NCBI GenBank assembly: GCA_020137815.1
Contig: CM035361.1
Coordinates: 1,860,001-1,924,000 of the forward strand
DNA: 64,000 bases
Direction: 5' to 3'
DNA from: Hormiphora californensis
Taxonomy: Eukaryota; Animalia; Ctenophora
Position numbers and translations under genes: made by a program
In this document: piece by piece, positions 36,953-52,672 of the stretch
Position numbering within the stretch: position 1 is the first letter of the stretch
Layout: the number at the start of each line of letters is the position of its first letter
The notes under the pieces: generated by a model
What the model saw: only the letters and a program-made list of their open reading frames with translations
What the model was told of the DNA's origin: nothing
Databases searched by the model: none

Positions 36953-38175
36953 TTATTGCTTATGTTTGTTAACTTTTTCATACTCCTCACTGAACTTAGT
37001 AACAATAATGGTGGCTGGTAGGGCGATCAGTACTAACGCTAGGAACACCGTCACAGCACCTACAATCTGAGGCGTTGGTTGTTAGGGTGTCGTTAGGGTG
37101 TTGGTAAGGTGTTGTTAGGGTGTTGTTAGGTGTTGTTAGGGTGTTGGTAGGGTGTTATGTCGTTAGAGTGTTGTTAGGGTGTTGTTATAGTGTTGTTATA
37201 GTGTTGTTAGGGTGTTGCTAGGGTGTTGTTAGGGTGTTGTTAGGGTGTTGTTTGGGTGTTGTTATAGTGTTGTTATGGTGTTGTTATGGTGTTGTTAGGG
37301 TGTTGTTAGGGTATATGTAGTGGCAAGTACTGTTACAAGTACAAGAACAACTACCTACCTTGCCCATCAGGCTGCTAGGGTACATATCTCCATATCCCAC
37401 GGTTGCTATGGTAATGATACTCCACCAGCATGACGTCATAATGCTGGTAAACTGGTTACTAGGATCTCCCCTGTCCGCCTGATGTGAGAGATCAGTAAAA
37501 TTAAACACGTCCTGTCGTGTTCTTCAACCGAAATTCATGGCTTATTCAATGTTCATCTATTGAGTTCTATATGTTTTATACGAAACTGGGGGGGGGGGGG
37601 GTGATATGTAATATTTTGTTACCCCCCCGTCCCTATTAACTTTTAATTAGTTCTCACCTCCACAGCATACATGATAGCACCCATGAAGACACTACTGACG
37701 CTAACAATAGCAGCCAACAATACCAGCTCATTCTTCGTTTTGCTCAGGGCTCTGATCAACACTAACAAACTCTCACATCGTCGGACTAGTTTGAAGATCC
37801 TGGTCACTCGGAATATACGACAAATCTGAAATGGAGTGTGGTTAGCTGCCATAAAATAGATAAATCCACCTCACCATTGCTTAGCTGCGTCTCTCTATTC
37901 TTTAACCATCTTTCTCCAATTCTCCATCTTTCCCTTTCTCTATGTCTATCTTTTATTGTCCCCATACTACGTTGACTGGTGGCATACTAGACCAAGCAAA
38001 CTAAGTCACTTTCTAATCGTCATCCTCTGAGAACCCCTCGTCCGAGCTAACCTCACTGCAGAGGACTCCCTGGACGGTCTAGCGACCAGGAGAGACATCT
38101 TCTCTCATATAGCCTCTCTCTCTCTCTCTCTCTCTCTATCACACTCCCTCTCTCTCTCTCTCTCTCTCTATCACA

Positions 38176-38233
<58 letters not shown>

Positions 38234-41200
38234 CACTCCCTCTCTCTCTCAGTGATCTTTGCACCCCATCGATCCAGGAAATGGTTTCTCAATACACGAT
38301 ATTCTTCAAGAATATTCTTGCAACACAATTGTGTTCAAAAATCTTGAGGGAAGAAAACAAACATTGTTCTTTATTAGCAAATGCTGCACTACTTATTTGG
38401 GCACAAAACGTGTGTGCCATGATGTATGGGTATCAGATATACTGTGCCGGCAAGGTCGACACCCAAACCTAGAGCCAGAGGGTGGTCAATGACTGATCAT
38501 GGTCTCATAGAAAGATTGAAAAGATTTAGAAGGTAGAAAGATCTAAATGCCCATACTCACCTCCTAAGCTCCATTATTTTTGGTTACAAAGGGGTTTTAA
38601 GCTAAAAAAAATAGAGATTTGTATGGCGGAATTTTAAGTCTGTCAATGGCAAATGGAACACTATTAAAAAAAGTCTAAGCCTGTGTCATTTCGGAGTTCG
38701 GAATTTTGTTCTAGGATCATGATAAGCGGAGCAATATCCACCTTGAGATTAAAACTTGAATATACTAATATTAGGTTGGCTCCGCAAGAATTCAGGGGCT
38801 TTAACCTGGCGCTATAAGGTGAACTTTAGATACTTTTTAGATGGCTAGGGAGGGTACAGAGAGGGTCCCGGCCTCTCAGGTAGGCAATAATAGCACCCTC
38901 CATAACCGATGATGCCGCGCCACTGGTCCATCACCGGAAACCGCAGGAACTGATCCAACCCCAAAAGATAAATCGGCCACTCTCACCAGAATCGACCATG
39001 ATAACGTTCCAGGAGAGACAGGAGTAAGCAGGCTGATACGGTACGGGAATTTGCTAAGCTCCCGCAACGGATTGTTTTTCACTTTTTCAACCTTCACTGG
39101 TTTAGTACCGTGGTGTTCCGTTTCGTTTATCTGTTTAGTCTGGTATCACCCAGGACAGAAAAGCGATTAACAGTGGCACCTTGTGAGGGATGTGATTCTT
39201 CATCACGCACCACGGTACTTGGAATACGAGAGGTTATAGACTTCACATCGTAGACCCTGTGATGAACCCCTTCGCCAAATGGTGTCCGGGGCTCAGAGCC
39301 CTTTCTAGTGGACAGAGAAACCGCCACCAATGTGCCAGTGCTTCCAGCGTGCAAAGTGATTGAAGAGAGACTTTTACACGTCTGGTTTCCGGGTTTGGGG
39401 GTATAAATATGTGCCAATATTTGAGTTAGATCTCAGATCAAAGCTCAGCATGCAACCTGACATTTCAGTGTTGATCTAGCTGACTATAACAATATTCTGA
39501 TACCTGTTGATCTGCTATGTTTTGCATTCAATTCAGTGTTACTCCATAGTCCATTCAGTGTTACCCCATTCAGTGTTACCCCATTCGATTCAGTGTTACC
39601 CAAGTTTGAAGTTATATAACTCAATACTATATCCCAGAATGAAGGTATTCCTTGTTGCCCTGATCGCCCTCGTGGCCATGGCCTCTGCCCGCCCCCATCT
39701 GGCCCTCTTCGAGCATCCCCACTTCAGAGGACACCGCCACAACATTCATGGACCCCAGCCATGGGTAGGAGGGTTCAACGATAAGGCTTCCAGCTGGCAC
39801 GCACATCGCGGTAACTGGGATTGCTTTGAGCATGGTCATTTCCGAGGCCGAAAATTCCGAATGCCCCAAGGACAGCGCAAGCCCGTTATGCCCGGATTTG
39901 ACAACAAAATCTCCTCTTGCCGCCCCCATTAAATTCATATTGTGAACTTTTACTATTACTAACGTAATTGAGATAACTTAGCTGTTTTAATTGTTTTCCT
40001 TTAGAGGATCTTATTGAAACCAAGCCTCGCAATAAATATACACAGTACCTAGGTACAGGTATACCTGTAAGGCGGCATCCGCGCCATACCCGGATACCCC
40101 ATTTGATTCTCAAATTACACAGTACACAATCTCTCTAGCAATCTTTTTATGGAAGGTTTATACAGGTGTTATAGGGGATAAATAATTCTATAATATTAGA
40201 GAAAGATTATCATCCCGGTATATATTACAGTTCTCACTGCAGTACTATAATATAATGTAATAGCAGGTTCTCACTACTACAGTACTTAGTACTATTATAT
40301 ATGCAGTACTACTGTACTTACTCTAAGTATGGTGTAGGCATTGCTCTCGTGGGTATGGTGATCTTCCTCTCCCGCCTCTGTGCTCTGCTCGGCTGCTTTC
40401 TCTGCCATTGTGATCATAACCACCTCCAGGTAGAAGGGCATGATAGAGAGAATGTCCAACCAGGGTAGGAATAATTTGAAGAAACTGAGAGGGTAGGAAT
40501 AATTTGAAGAAACTGAGAGGGGAGGAATAGTTTGAAGAAACTGGGAGGGGAGGAATAGTTTGAAGAAACTGCAGGAGGAGCCGGGATATTGAGATCGAAT
40601 ATAATACTATAATAGGACACGAATTTGATAAGTTAGCTCAGATAATATAGGGTGAGATATGAGCCTGATTATCTAACTTACTCCTTCATTATAGGGTGCG
40701 ATATGAGCCTGAGAAAGTAGTCAACAGTAAAGTACCCCATGATAAGGCTATTTGCAGCAAATGCGTACTTGTGGGCTTCCTCCTCATTGTCAGCAAAGTA
40801 GTCTTTGTACATGGGCTCTGCGAGGAGAGTTTAGAGATAGGAGATTAGGAGGCTAGATAGAGTTTACAATATATCGGGTTAGTAGATTGCAGCTCTGCAT
40901 GATATTATTCATTCTCCGATCTGTGGACTCTCTCTAATCTCTCTAATCTCTCCGGCATCCGCTGGCAAGGGGCAGTTCAACTCCTACCTGATTCAATGAT
41001 GAGCATGGCCACGGAAAGGAGAATCAAGATACAATCCAACCACGCCATTACATTAGCAGACGTAGAAGAATCGGGGAAGTTTAGCAGCATGTACAGCTGA
41101 GATGAAGAAAGGAGAGTTTAGCAAAGTCGGACCTCGATTTACCGGAACTCCGATTTACCGGAACCCCGATTTACCGGGAGGATAAACAATAATAAAACGG

Positions 41201-43930
41201 GGATGATGTGCCGTACCTTTTGTTTAATTGTTGGATTTTCAGCACACACCACATCCATCTCAAAGCCAGCATCGTCAACTTCAAATTGAGGCACTGTTAT
41301 CCTGGGAAATTGGGTGTGTGTGTGTGTGTGTGTGTTTTGCACCGCCCGTCATTCCTCCCACTTTACTGCCCCACAATGGTCGGCAGACAACCTATATTAA
41401 TATCACTCTTCGCCACCGTCCCCCACACGTAGGGATAATGTTGATGTTGTTCCGGTTTGGGTCCTGGTATTTTGTCGAGCAAGCTCAACATTTCCCTCGA
41501 ACCTTCGCCGGCATCACAAGAAGAGTATTTGATACAGTGAATCTAATAGTAGACTGACATACCTATATTGTCAGGACAATGGATGGAATTTACCTGTCTC
41601 ACAGACTGGTCTTTGGTTACTACTGCTCCAAGGAGCTGTAGAGGTAGGTGGGTTGCCGGATATGACAATACCGTGGGTTCACCATCTAATCGGTGACGGC
41701 TGAAATATCTTATCACACCTCAGGTCTTGGGTCAAAACCGCTAGCAGTACTTATCAGCATGCAACCTGGGGGTCCGGACAGCTAATTTCTTAGCAAGCAC
41801 AGATAAGCATGAAAACGCTTATGTAAACTTCTGGTGAGCATTTGGCAAATTATCGACTCCCAGGGGTTGCACTATTGCGGGGTAATTACTTGCCATACGG
41901 CGGAGGTGGCCATTTGTTTGGCCCAGACCTGCCCTACCACTCTTGGGTCCCTTATTGCGTTGTTATAGAAGAAAAATCCCCCATAAGTAGCGTTGCCCTA
42001 TAGTTTGCCACTTGTTCCAGGTCGGGATAGTTAGGGATGGTTTAATCGAATAGGTTACTTTTGGCTATTAGTTTGGAGAATATTACCAAATCAAGTGTGT
42101 TGCTTGATCTGTTTGTTAGTGAGGAGGATTGTTCTAGATATATTGCAAAGGTAGTATGTGGCAAAAATTTGGGCAGAGGTTCCCCAGGGGAATAACCCCT
42201 ATTTTTGCGAGAGAAGGTAACCTCCGTCCGACCAATATGGGATGTTGGACAGGAGGGCTGTTTTAAAGGCTACAGCTGCCGGGTGATTACAAATCATGGG
42301 TTGCCATAATTGAGGGAGGCTAGTTCTCTGGCGTAGAATTTACCCCCATAATTAAATGGGAGACAGCCGAAGGGTCATCAGGCATGCCTAGTATGCAGAG
42401 GCCCTCGGTGATTACAAATCATGGGTTGCCATGTGTAACAAGGTTACTGGCTGGGGTGAGATTATCAGTTCAACCGGGATCCCCACTAAGACTCAGCCCG
42501 ACGACCGACCGACAAACGATCGATCAACGACCGATATCAATCGTCAACCAACCGCTCATCAATCGACCGCCGAACCAAATCCCAGCAGGGACCAGCCGCA
42601 CTGCAAGAGCTCGGTGCCATAGTTGAGTTCGGCAAGGTCTCTGGCAAAGTTTACTCCCCAAGATTGGGGAGAGAGCCGGTGTGATTTGACCGTAATCACT
42701 GGACCATCAGCCAACCAGGTCCACGGCAACGGGACTGAGCTCGAAGAACTCAGCTGGCACGAAGAACCTGAGTTCCCCCCGCTGTGGGAAATTGGGTACT
42801 GTTACCCTGTTTCTCTCTAGCTCGCTCTATCTCTCCCCTCCCCTCCCTCTCTTTTATTAATGGTTTCGTTAGTGGTTCGTTGGTTAGTGGTTTCGTTAGT
42901 GGTTTCGTTAGTGGTTTCGTTAGTGGTTCGTTGGTTAGTGGTTTTGTTAGTGTTCGGCCATTCCTAACAGAATATTTCACCTGTAAAACTCCAATTCGTC
43001 CATGATAACTTTAGGATCGTCCACGCTGACGGGTGTGGTAAATACTCCGGAGGTTTGGTAAAACTGGAGAATACTTGCAAACACTTCCCTGGAAACAATA
43101 TGTGGTCATTGAGTTCTGTTACCATGGCAACGCAGTGGGTTACCATGGCAACTGCACAATCCTCTGGAGTCGTAATTGGGGAATTGGTGGTATAAAACTA
43201 CTCTAATCTTTATTCAAGTTATGACTACAAGTGATAGATTTCACCTATTTCTGTCGAAATAGTAAGCATCAAGTTCTTCCTTCCAGTAACGTTCTCTATC
43301 AGGCGAGGCAAGGAGGCTGTGAGGGAATCTGCGGATCTTCTCCTCTCTAATCATGAACAAACGGCCCGAGACGTTTATCCTGCAAGAATATGCGATGATC
43401 TGCTGAATTTCAAAGGAACAGAAGTGATTATTTTTGACTAGAAGCTGTTAGTTCAAGAGTAACAACTGACACATGACAACCATTATACTGGTTACTATGG
43501 TTACTAATAGTAACCATAGTAACCATAGTAACTTACTATGGTTACTATGGTTACTATGGTTACTATGGTTACCGAACACAATCCAGGAAGGGTGATGAGG
43601 GTGTGTAGCTGAGAAGATCTAAACCTCCCCTGTAACTTATCCCGCCGGAAAATGTTGACATGTTTCTGGAGCGGGGTAGTGAACCTGAAAATGGGGATTA
43701 TTGAGATCTTTGATATTATAGGGGCTCAATTCTGCTATTGCTAAGGGCATGAACCCCTGAAGATCATCGATACATGGGCCCGGCAAAAGGCACGAAATTG
43801 GCTGATCTCTGCACCGATTCAACCGATTCAGATTGAACAGAAACAAAAGTGATTTGTTGCACTCACGTCCGGTGAAAGGATCTATAGATGTCGTAGGTTG
43901 GGTACAGCTAGCAACGGCTGGCGTTGCCAT
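36953..43930 (-). CDS. Shaker-family voltage-gated K+ channel alpha subunit, probably a regulatory ('silent') type
   Basis: Exons 43867-43930, 43573-43684, 43245-43379 (T1: RINVSG..YYFDRN), 42981-43088, 41217-41301, 40988-41096 (S1), 40682-40817 (S2), 40322-40484 (S3), 37658-37825 (S4 RICRIFRVTRIFKLVRR and S5), 37359-37478 (TIATVGYGD), 36953-37066 (S6 IALPATII). Confidence 0.93.
37073..37312. repeat. 11-bp tandem repeat (GTGTTGTTAGG) filling a Kv intron
   Basis: About 21 units. Confidence 0.9.
39639..39932 (+). CDS. Secreted single-domain beta/gamma-crystallin-like protein (97 aa), nested antisense in a Kv intron
   Basis: Signal peptide MKVFLVALIALVAMASA; two Greek keys LFEHPHFRG..FNDKASS and CFEHGHFRG..FDNKISS; acceptor AG 1 nt before the ATG. 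Confidence 0.88.
   Translation: MKVFLVALIALVAMASARPHLALFEHPHFRGHRHNIHGPQPWVGGFNDKASSWHAHRGNWDCFEHGHFRGRKFRMPQGQRKPVMPGFDNKISSCRPH
42860..42953. repeat. 12-bp tandem repeat (GGTTTCGTTAGT)
   Basis: Direct inspection. Confidence 0.85.
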
Positions 43931-45088
43931 GGTAGCAGCTTCTGTTTCTATGAAGTTGTTTGGTAGTTACAAAAAAACAACATGACGGAGAGATTTTGAG
44001 GATAAAAGTTATATTAAATAATAGCATAGTATATTATTACAGTTGTTGTAACAGTTTAATAAAATGCTCTAAACACAAGCTAACCGTATGCATGTATGGT
44101 CGTCAGAGGTTAAATTTTTAGGGTTTCTTCTCCCGATAAATCGAATCTACAAGCTACACGTTGTGTTACTCCGCTTATTGTTTCATTCCTTTTCCATCTC
44201 TCTCTTACTTCATTCCTTCTTTCTCCCTCTCTCTCTCGTACTTCATTCCTTCTTTCTCCCTCTCTCTCTCTTACTTCATTCCTTCTTTCTCTCTCTCTCT
44301 CTTACTTCATTCCTTCTTTCTATGCCTATGAATTATGAACTGAATTATGAAGTAGACTATTTAAAATTCAGTACGTGCCACGTGGTCAACTAGGGGGCCT
44401 CACGCGAAGTATAAAGTCACGCTACCACGCCTATTCAGCGACCGTTATGAATCGAGGTTTAGGGCCGGTTCCGGAGAGCTTATCCCAAAAGAATCTCACA
44501 CCTGAGTCAATGGGTTGCTGTGTTAGACCACTGTGCCAGATGTTATTTTCGTTTTGTGGGTAAGAAGGAATCTACAAAACTCATCATGTGTTAATTTTCA
44601 ATGCAAATTCAGAACTTCATTTCACGATATTGATCCAGCCAATACATTTATCAAATCAGATCTGTCCATCACGATTCTTCAACGTGTTAATTTATAGTCA
44701 CAAACGGGTCACACACACACAACTTTTCTTGTCATTAAAAACTTTGTGTCTTTTTCGAGGAGCACTTGTGTCACTGAAATGGTCCTTTTCACATAAGTCG
44801 GGGACGAGGTTTAAAATCAATCAGGCGGGTGGTTGGTACAGATTTGAACTAGTTGTCCAGACGTTCAACATCCAACGCTTTCGATAGAGTCCTGGAAATG
44901 TGAAATTTGGGTCAAATAACTGGATGATCGAGAATAGAGAAGAAGAAGGAGGGAGAAGAAGAAGAATGAATAAGAGGAGAAAAGAAGATCGATGGTGTCA
45001 TGATTGTGGTTCGTGGATTGTCTCACCTTTTCCAGCTCTTCTTCTTCCATGAATTTCATCGACTCTTTTCACAAAATCTTCATCCAAA

Positions 45089-46277
45089 TCAATAAAGGCA
45101 TCTATCTCCTCCCTGGCAGTAGGCACCTAGGATGAAATAATGGAGATGGTAAAACATCTCCTGCAGATAATATGATATTCAGCTGTATAGCAATCTGATA
45201 GCTGATACGCTGATTTTGTGATCGAAACTATGTTGCAGCCTGCAGGAGAATTTCTCCGTTGAATTTAGATTTAAATTTCCCTCACCTGGCACAATTTCCT
45301 TCCCCCTTCTCCTCTTTCTTGCCTCATCAGCGTCTCGCTTCCCGAAGTTATCCAGGTTGTTAACTGTGTGGAGATTGTATATTCCAATAAATTGACGGAA
45401 GCTTTTGCTTCATCAACTATCATGTCGAGTGTGATCAGAATCTTTAATTTATACCTTTTCGCCGTTTCTCCTCCTCTCTTTTGGATCGTCCAGGAACCAC
45501 CTCTTTCCTTCCCGGCCGAGCTGCATCCTCACGCTTCTCCAGACCAGGAACTATAGCTGTGGAGATTATTATATTACAGTAGACGATTAGACATGTTTTA
45601 GGTGTAATGATTCCCTACCAACAAAGCGTCACCAAGGTCAAAGAAGATTATTTTCCCAAAAACGCAGAACATTCGCGTCTCAATTAACTTACATTTTCTT
45701 CGGCCTTCTTCTCTCTTTTCTAAACCAGGAACAACACCTTTTCGTCTTCCCCTGTCCTCTTCATCCTCCATCCGTTTATCAAGATCACTCTCCTGCACCT
45801 CTCCCAGCTCTTCGCTTCTTCTAACTCTCCCGGGGACAACTGAATAAGAGATATTAGAAAGGCGACGCTGTCTGGCGGCACCGAACCAATCTGAGCGTGC
45901 AACTGCTGCACTGTCGAATCAAAACGGGTTTGGTTTGTTGGTTCTGGGACTTCCTGCCAAAAATCTTCTAAACTTACATTTTCGTCTGAGATCAATTAGA
46001 GCTTCCTCGCGATCTAAAAGGAGACCTGGCATTCGCTTGGACAGATCTAAACGACTTTCTCGCTTTACCTAGTAAGAAAGGCTTGATTAAACTTCGAGGG
46101 ACTGGAACGATCATCAAGGTCTCAGCAGGATAAAGAACCACAACCGAGAGCCCAGTATGATAGGGAAAAGATAGGAGCGTGGTCCTTGAGTGAGTGCTTA
46201 GTTCTTACCAATAGTCTTTCTTCAGGAAACGCGGATATCACGGCCACTGTTACGGTAAGAAGGATCACCTGTATCAT
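45089..46277 (-). CDS. Candidate neuropeptide precursor (about 174 aa)
   Basis: Exons 46209-46277, 45978-46068, 45693-45839, 45455-45556, 45286-45363, 45089-45126 give a signal peptide, repeated xVPG units after RRK/RK/GK, acidic spacers and VNNLDNF-GKR. The last exon frame is uncertain. Confidence 0.75.
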
Positions 46278-46523
46278 CTTGAGCTTTTATCGAGCTTATA
46301 GTCTGGAAAATGGCTGTCCGAGCTAGGATATAAAGTGATCGATGAACAAAAGATATTTTGCCTGCAGTTCAAATTCAAAAGAACAAGAGTGGTTAGATGA
46401 TTTGATTTTAGTCTCAACTGATGGTTGATCTCAAGAAGATGAAACCTCAAAATCAAATAAGGATCAACTCAGTAGAAGTGAATATTAAAAAGAGCTCGAG
46501 CGGGTATTATATATTCTCGCACG

Positions 46524-46604
<81 letters not shown>

Positions 46605-47530
46605 ACGCATCTAGAGGTGCAAGTGTCTGATTAAAATTGCAGCCAATATATATGAGGTCACAATAGCAAGTTAATAGCAAGTCAAATTGGGGCTTTGTCA
46701 TTGTGGTGGTGTGCTCGTGGGATTAAATGAAATCTAGAATGCGAGAAGTCAGACAGGCAGATAGAAGAATATTGGGAGACAATTGCAGTTTGTGTCACGT
46801 GTTATTAGGACACAATTCTCACCCTGATCTCTCATTCTTGTTCAATTACTAAATTTGAATAATTCACACCATCATTCACTATTTCGATATTTTGGAAAAC
46901 AATCGAGTTAGAGAACATAAAGAAGACAAAAGCCAATTTAAATGAGGTTTCGCTTATATCGTTTCACATCTAAGCTACGGAGAAGACTAGGATCTCGGAT
47001 TTCTTACCTGACGTGTGTAGAACTCCCTCTGGAAATTGAGCTGTGTTCATTCTATTGAACTCTTTATGACGCAGTTAAAGACAAGGTTGTTCCAGGAAGC
47101 GTCTTGTCTTCGGAGAGAGTCTCCATGTCTTCAGTCTTTCGGCGTATGGTTCGGTCTATGGTTTAAGTTTAGACCTCTTGCTCTTTCTCTTTCAGAATGC
47201 TTTTAGTTATAGGGATGCCTAATCGGGTGAATTAAAACAGGTTGTCAGGTTTTACGGACAGTTTTGGGTAATGGGCATTTCAGATCTGAAGAAATATATA
47301 TATTTTCAAACACATGACAAACACAAATAAGCTCATTGATAAGAATAACAATTCATTTCTCGCCTCAAAAACGTCAAAGGTAAGGCACCTGATCTACTCT
47401 CTCCCAATCACTGGGTAAGCCTGTGGTGCTTATCCCCGATAATAAGCCATAAGCCACTCCGTACAGCATGGGGGCCAGCCCTACGTCCAGGGATCCGAAA
47501 TTCCAATTCGTGACCTTCTGTGTGTTACCC

Positions 47531-48754
47531 CTACACCACCCAGCCCTCATTTCTCGCCTTATATTGCCTGATTTCAGTCACTAATCCTTGGCAATCATAA
47601 TTAAACAACTCACAGTCCTCCCTAGTCCATTCTGCCACCCTATCAATTAACTCGTCCGATAGTGAACTATAAAAGTCAAGCAAATCCTTCCTTTTCTCAT
47701 CTCTATTTGGATTCCCATTCATCCTAACACCAACACTCACCCCACTCTCATCTCCTATATCGGCTAACATGTGCTTCATCTCACAGTCATAGTTCTCAAC
47801 TTTCAGGATGTAATCATACTCAAAATATTTCGAGCAGGGGGAACACATCTCGGTGTAGGGTAGCCAGTGGGCATTACGGGTTATACCATGTTGCTTATTA
47901 TTGGAGAATACCAGTTGGGACACCCAGGATGAGAGTTTTGTGCCGAGATTAGAGTCTAGTTTCCATGGTAACAAGTCGTTAGTAACGGCTGTTAGGAACT
48001 CCTCAAACGTAGCTGATAGTGGGAGAAGATAAGGGTTGGTGGTGTGATTGAAGTATAACGTGACACCCCGGAGTATCCTTCCGTCGTGATTATGCTCCCA
48101 GTCATTCAAGTACTTAGTGGCTATTGATATCGCTTCCTGGATCAGTCTCTCCTTTTCTTTGCTTGATAGGTTCAGTCCTGATTTTCTGTATCTGGGTACA
48201 AGTGTCTGAAGAACGGGTTTAAGGAATCCACCCTCTACACGAGGAGTTTGAATCTTGTCCCGGTAGGCAGAGAGAATCCTATCAAACGGATGTCGAACTA
48301 TCAACATTTTTGGGGTGTTGGACTTCGATCGGGACGCTAGAAACCCCGCTTTCCTCCAAAGTTTTATCCCAGCTTTGCTACAATCATCATGATACACCGG
48401 ACAGAAGAGTCGGTTAGTTGTGGAGCTTGCACTTTTGAAAATAGGACACCACAGCAGCCCGTTTTCTCCGATCTTATCAAAGTGAAACATCTCCCTTGCA
48501 CCGCGTTCCACTCTCAGCTTCGGACAATGTGATCTAACGTGTTCCCGTCTCACCTTCATTAAGTCTCTAAACCCTTCACTATCAATACAAGTAGACATGG
48601 GATATGAGCTGTTGGTATCCAGATACAACTCAGAGATTATTGATTTGTTATTGTTGGTGGTGGTTTGTGTACTGGAGAAGTAGAGGAGAAGAGTGACAAG
48701 TCCATGTGAGAAGAGGGCCACGATGAGAAGGCATTTCTTGAAGCGTACCACCAT
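47531..48754 (-). CDS. Golgi carbohydrate sulfotransferase (Sulfotransfer_2 / CHST8-14-like), single exon
   Basis: N-terminal type II TM, WCPIFKSASST (5'-PSB), VRHPFDRILSAYRDK (3'-PB), HWLPYTEMCSPC, YDYILKVEN. Confidence 0.9.
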   Translation of the reverse strand: MVVRFKKCLLIVALFSHGLVTLLLYFSSTQTTTNNNKSIISELYLDTNSSYPMSTCIDSEGFRDLMKVRREHVRSHCPKLRVERGAREMFHFDKIGENGLLWCPIFKSASSTTNRLFCPVYHDDCSKAGIKLWRKAGFLASRSKSNTPKMLIVRHPFDRILSAYRDKIQTPRVEGGFLKPVLQTLVPRYRKSGLNLSSKEKERLIQEAISIATKYLNDWEHNHDGRILRGVTLYFNHTTNPYLLPLSATFEEFLTAVTNDLLPWKLDSNLGTKLSSWVSQLVFSNNKQHGITRNAHWLPYTEMCSPCSKYFEYDYILKVENYDCEMKHMLADIGDESGVSVGVRMNGNPNRDEKRKDLLDFYSSLSDELIDRVAEWTREDCELFNYDCQGLVTEIRQYKARNEGWVV

Positions 48755-49260
48755 ATCACACACAAGATATATTACACGCTACTAAACTAGCCATAATAGT
48801 CAAAGTTGAGAGATGAGGGTATTTAGGCTTCTGTGTGTGTGCTTTACACAGATCTGTTAGTATTGTGCTGGAATATTGAGGAGAGGTTTATGACTTTATG
48901 ACGTTTCAGCTCACGATCCCTCAACCTCTACGTACTTATATATCCCCTAGTCGAGTGGTTTAGGTCACACAAACCACGACAAACTCAAACTGCCAGCCAT
49001 GTTATACTGCCTGGCAGTATAACATGGCTGGCATAAGATGACTTACTGGAAATAATGCTGATGATGATTGTGAAGTTCTATATTACCCCAGGTAGGATTT
49101 ATATCACCTGTATCGCATACAAGATCTCTATAGCAGTATAGCTCCTATCCCTTAACTATTCACTTCCTATAGCTTGATGTTTACATACGATTCTCACTTT
49201 GTATTGGTCTTACCTACGTGATTTTAGAGAGAGTGTGATATAAAGAAATAGAGAGAAAGA

Positions 49261-49300
<40 letters not shown>

Positions 49301-49427
49301 TAGAGAGAGAGAGATAGAGAGAGATTGTATACTTTGTTTGTGTACGTTGTGCCTACATTGCTCCGATCATCAAAATATCGCTTCCTATAATATCAAGCAA
49401 TCATTAGCTGTTGTTGAGTGTAGAAAT

Positions 49428-52672
<3,245 letters not shown>

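Noticed and set aside
38876-39417. Short minus-strand ORFs resembling LINE ORF1 remnants
   Set aside because: Only a weak NRFSVL-like motif; cannot be supported without a search.
41594-41635. Possible extra Kv exon (LLGAVVTKDQSVRQ)
   Set aside because: The flanking exons already join in phase 2; this piece is phase-incompatible in that reading.
41700-42810. Possible degraded retroelement or nested gene in a Kv intron
   Set aside because: Stops interrupt the frame I translated and the ORF track shows only short ORFs; no recognisable motif.
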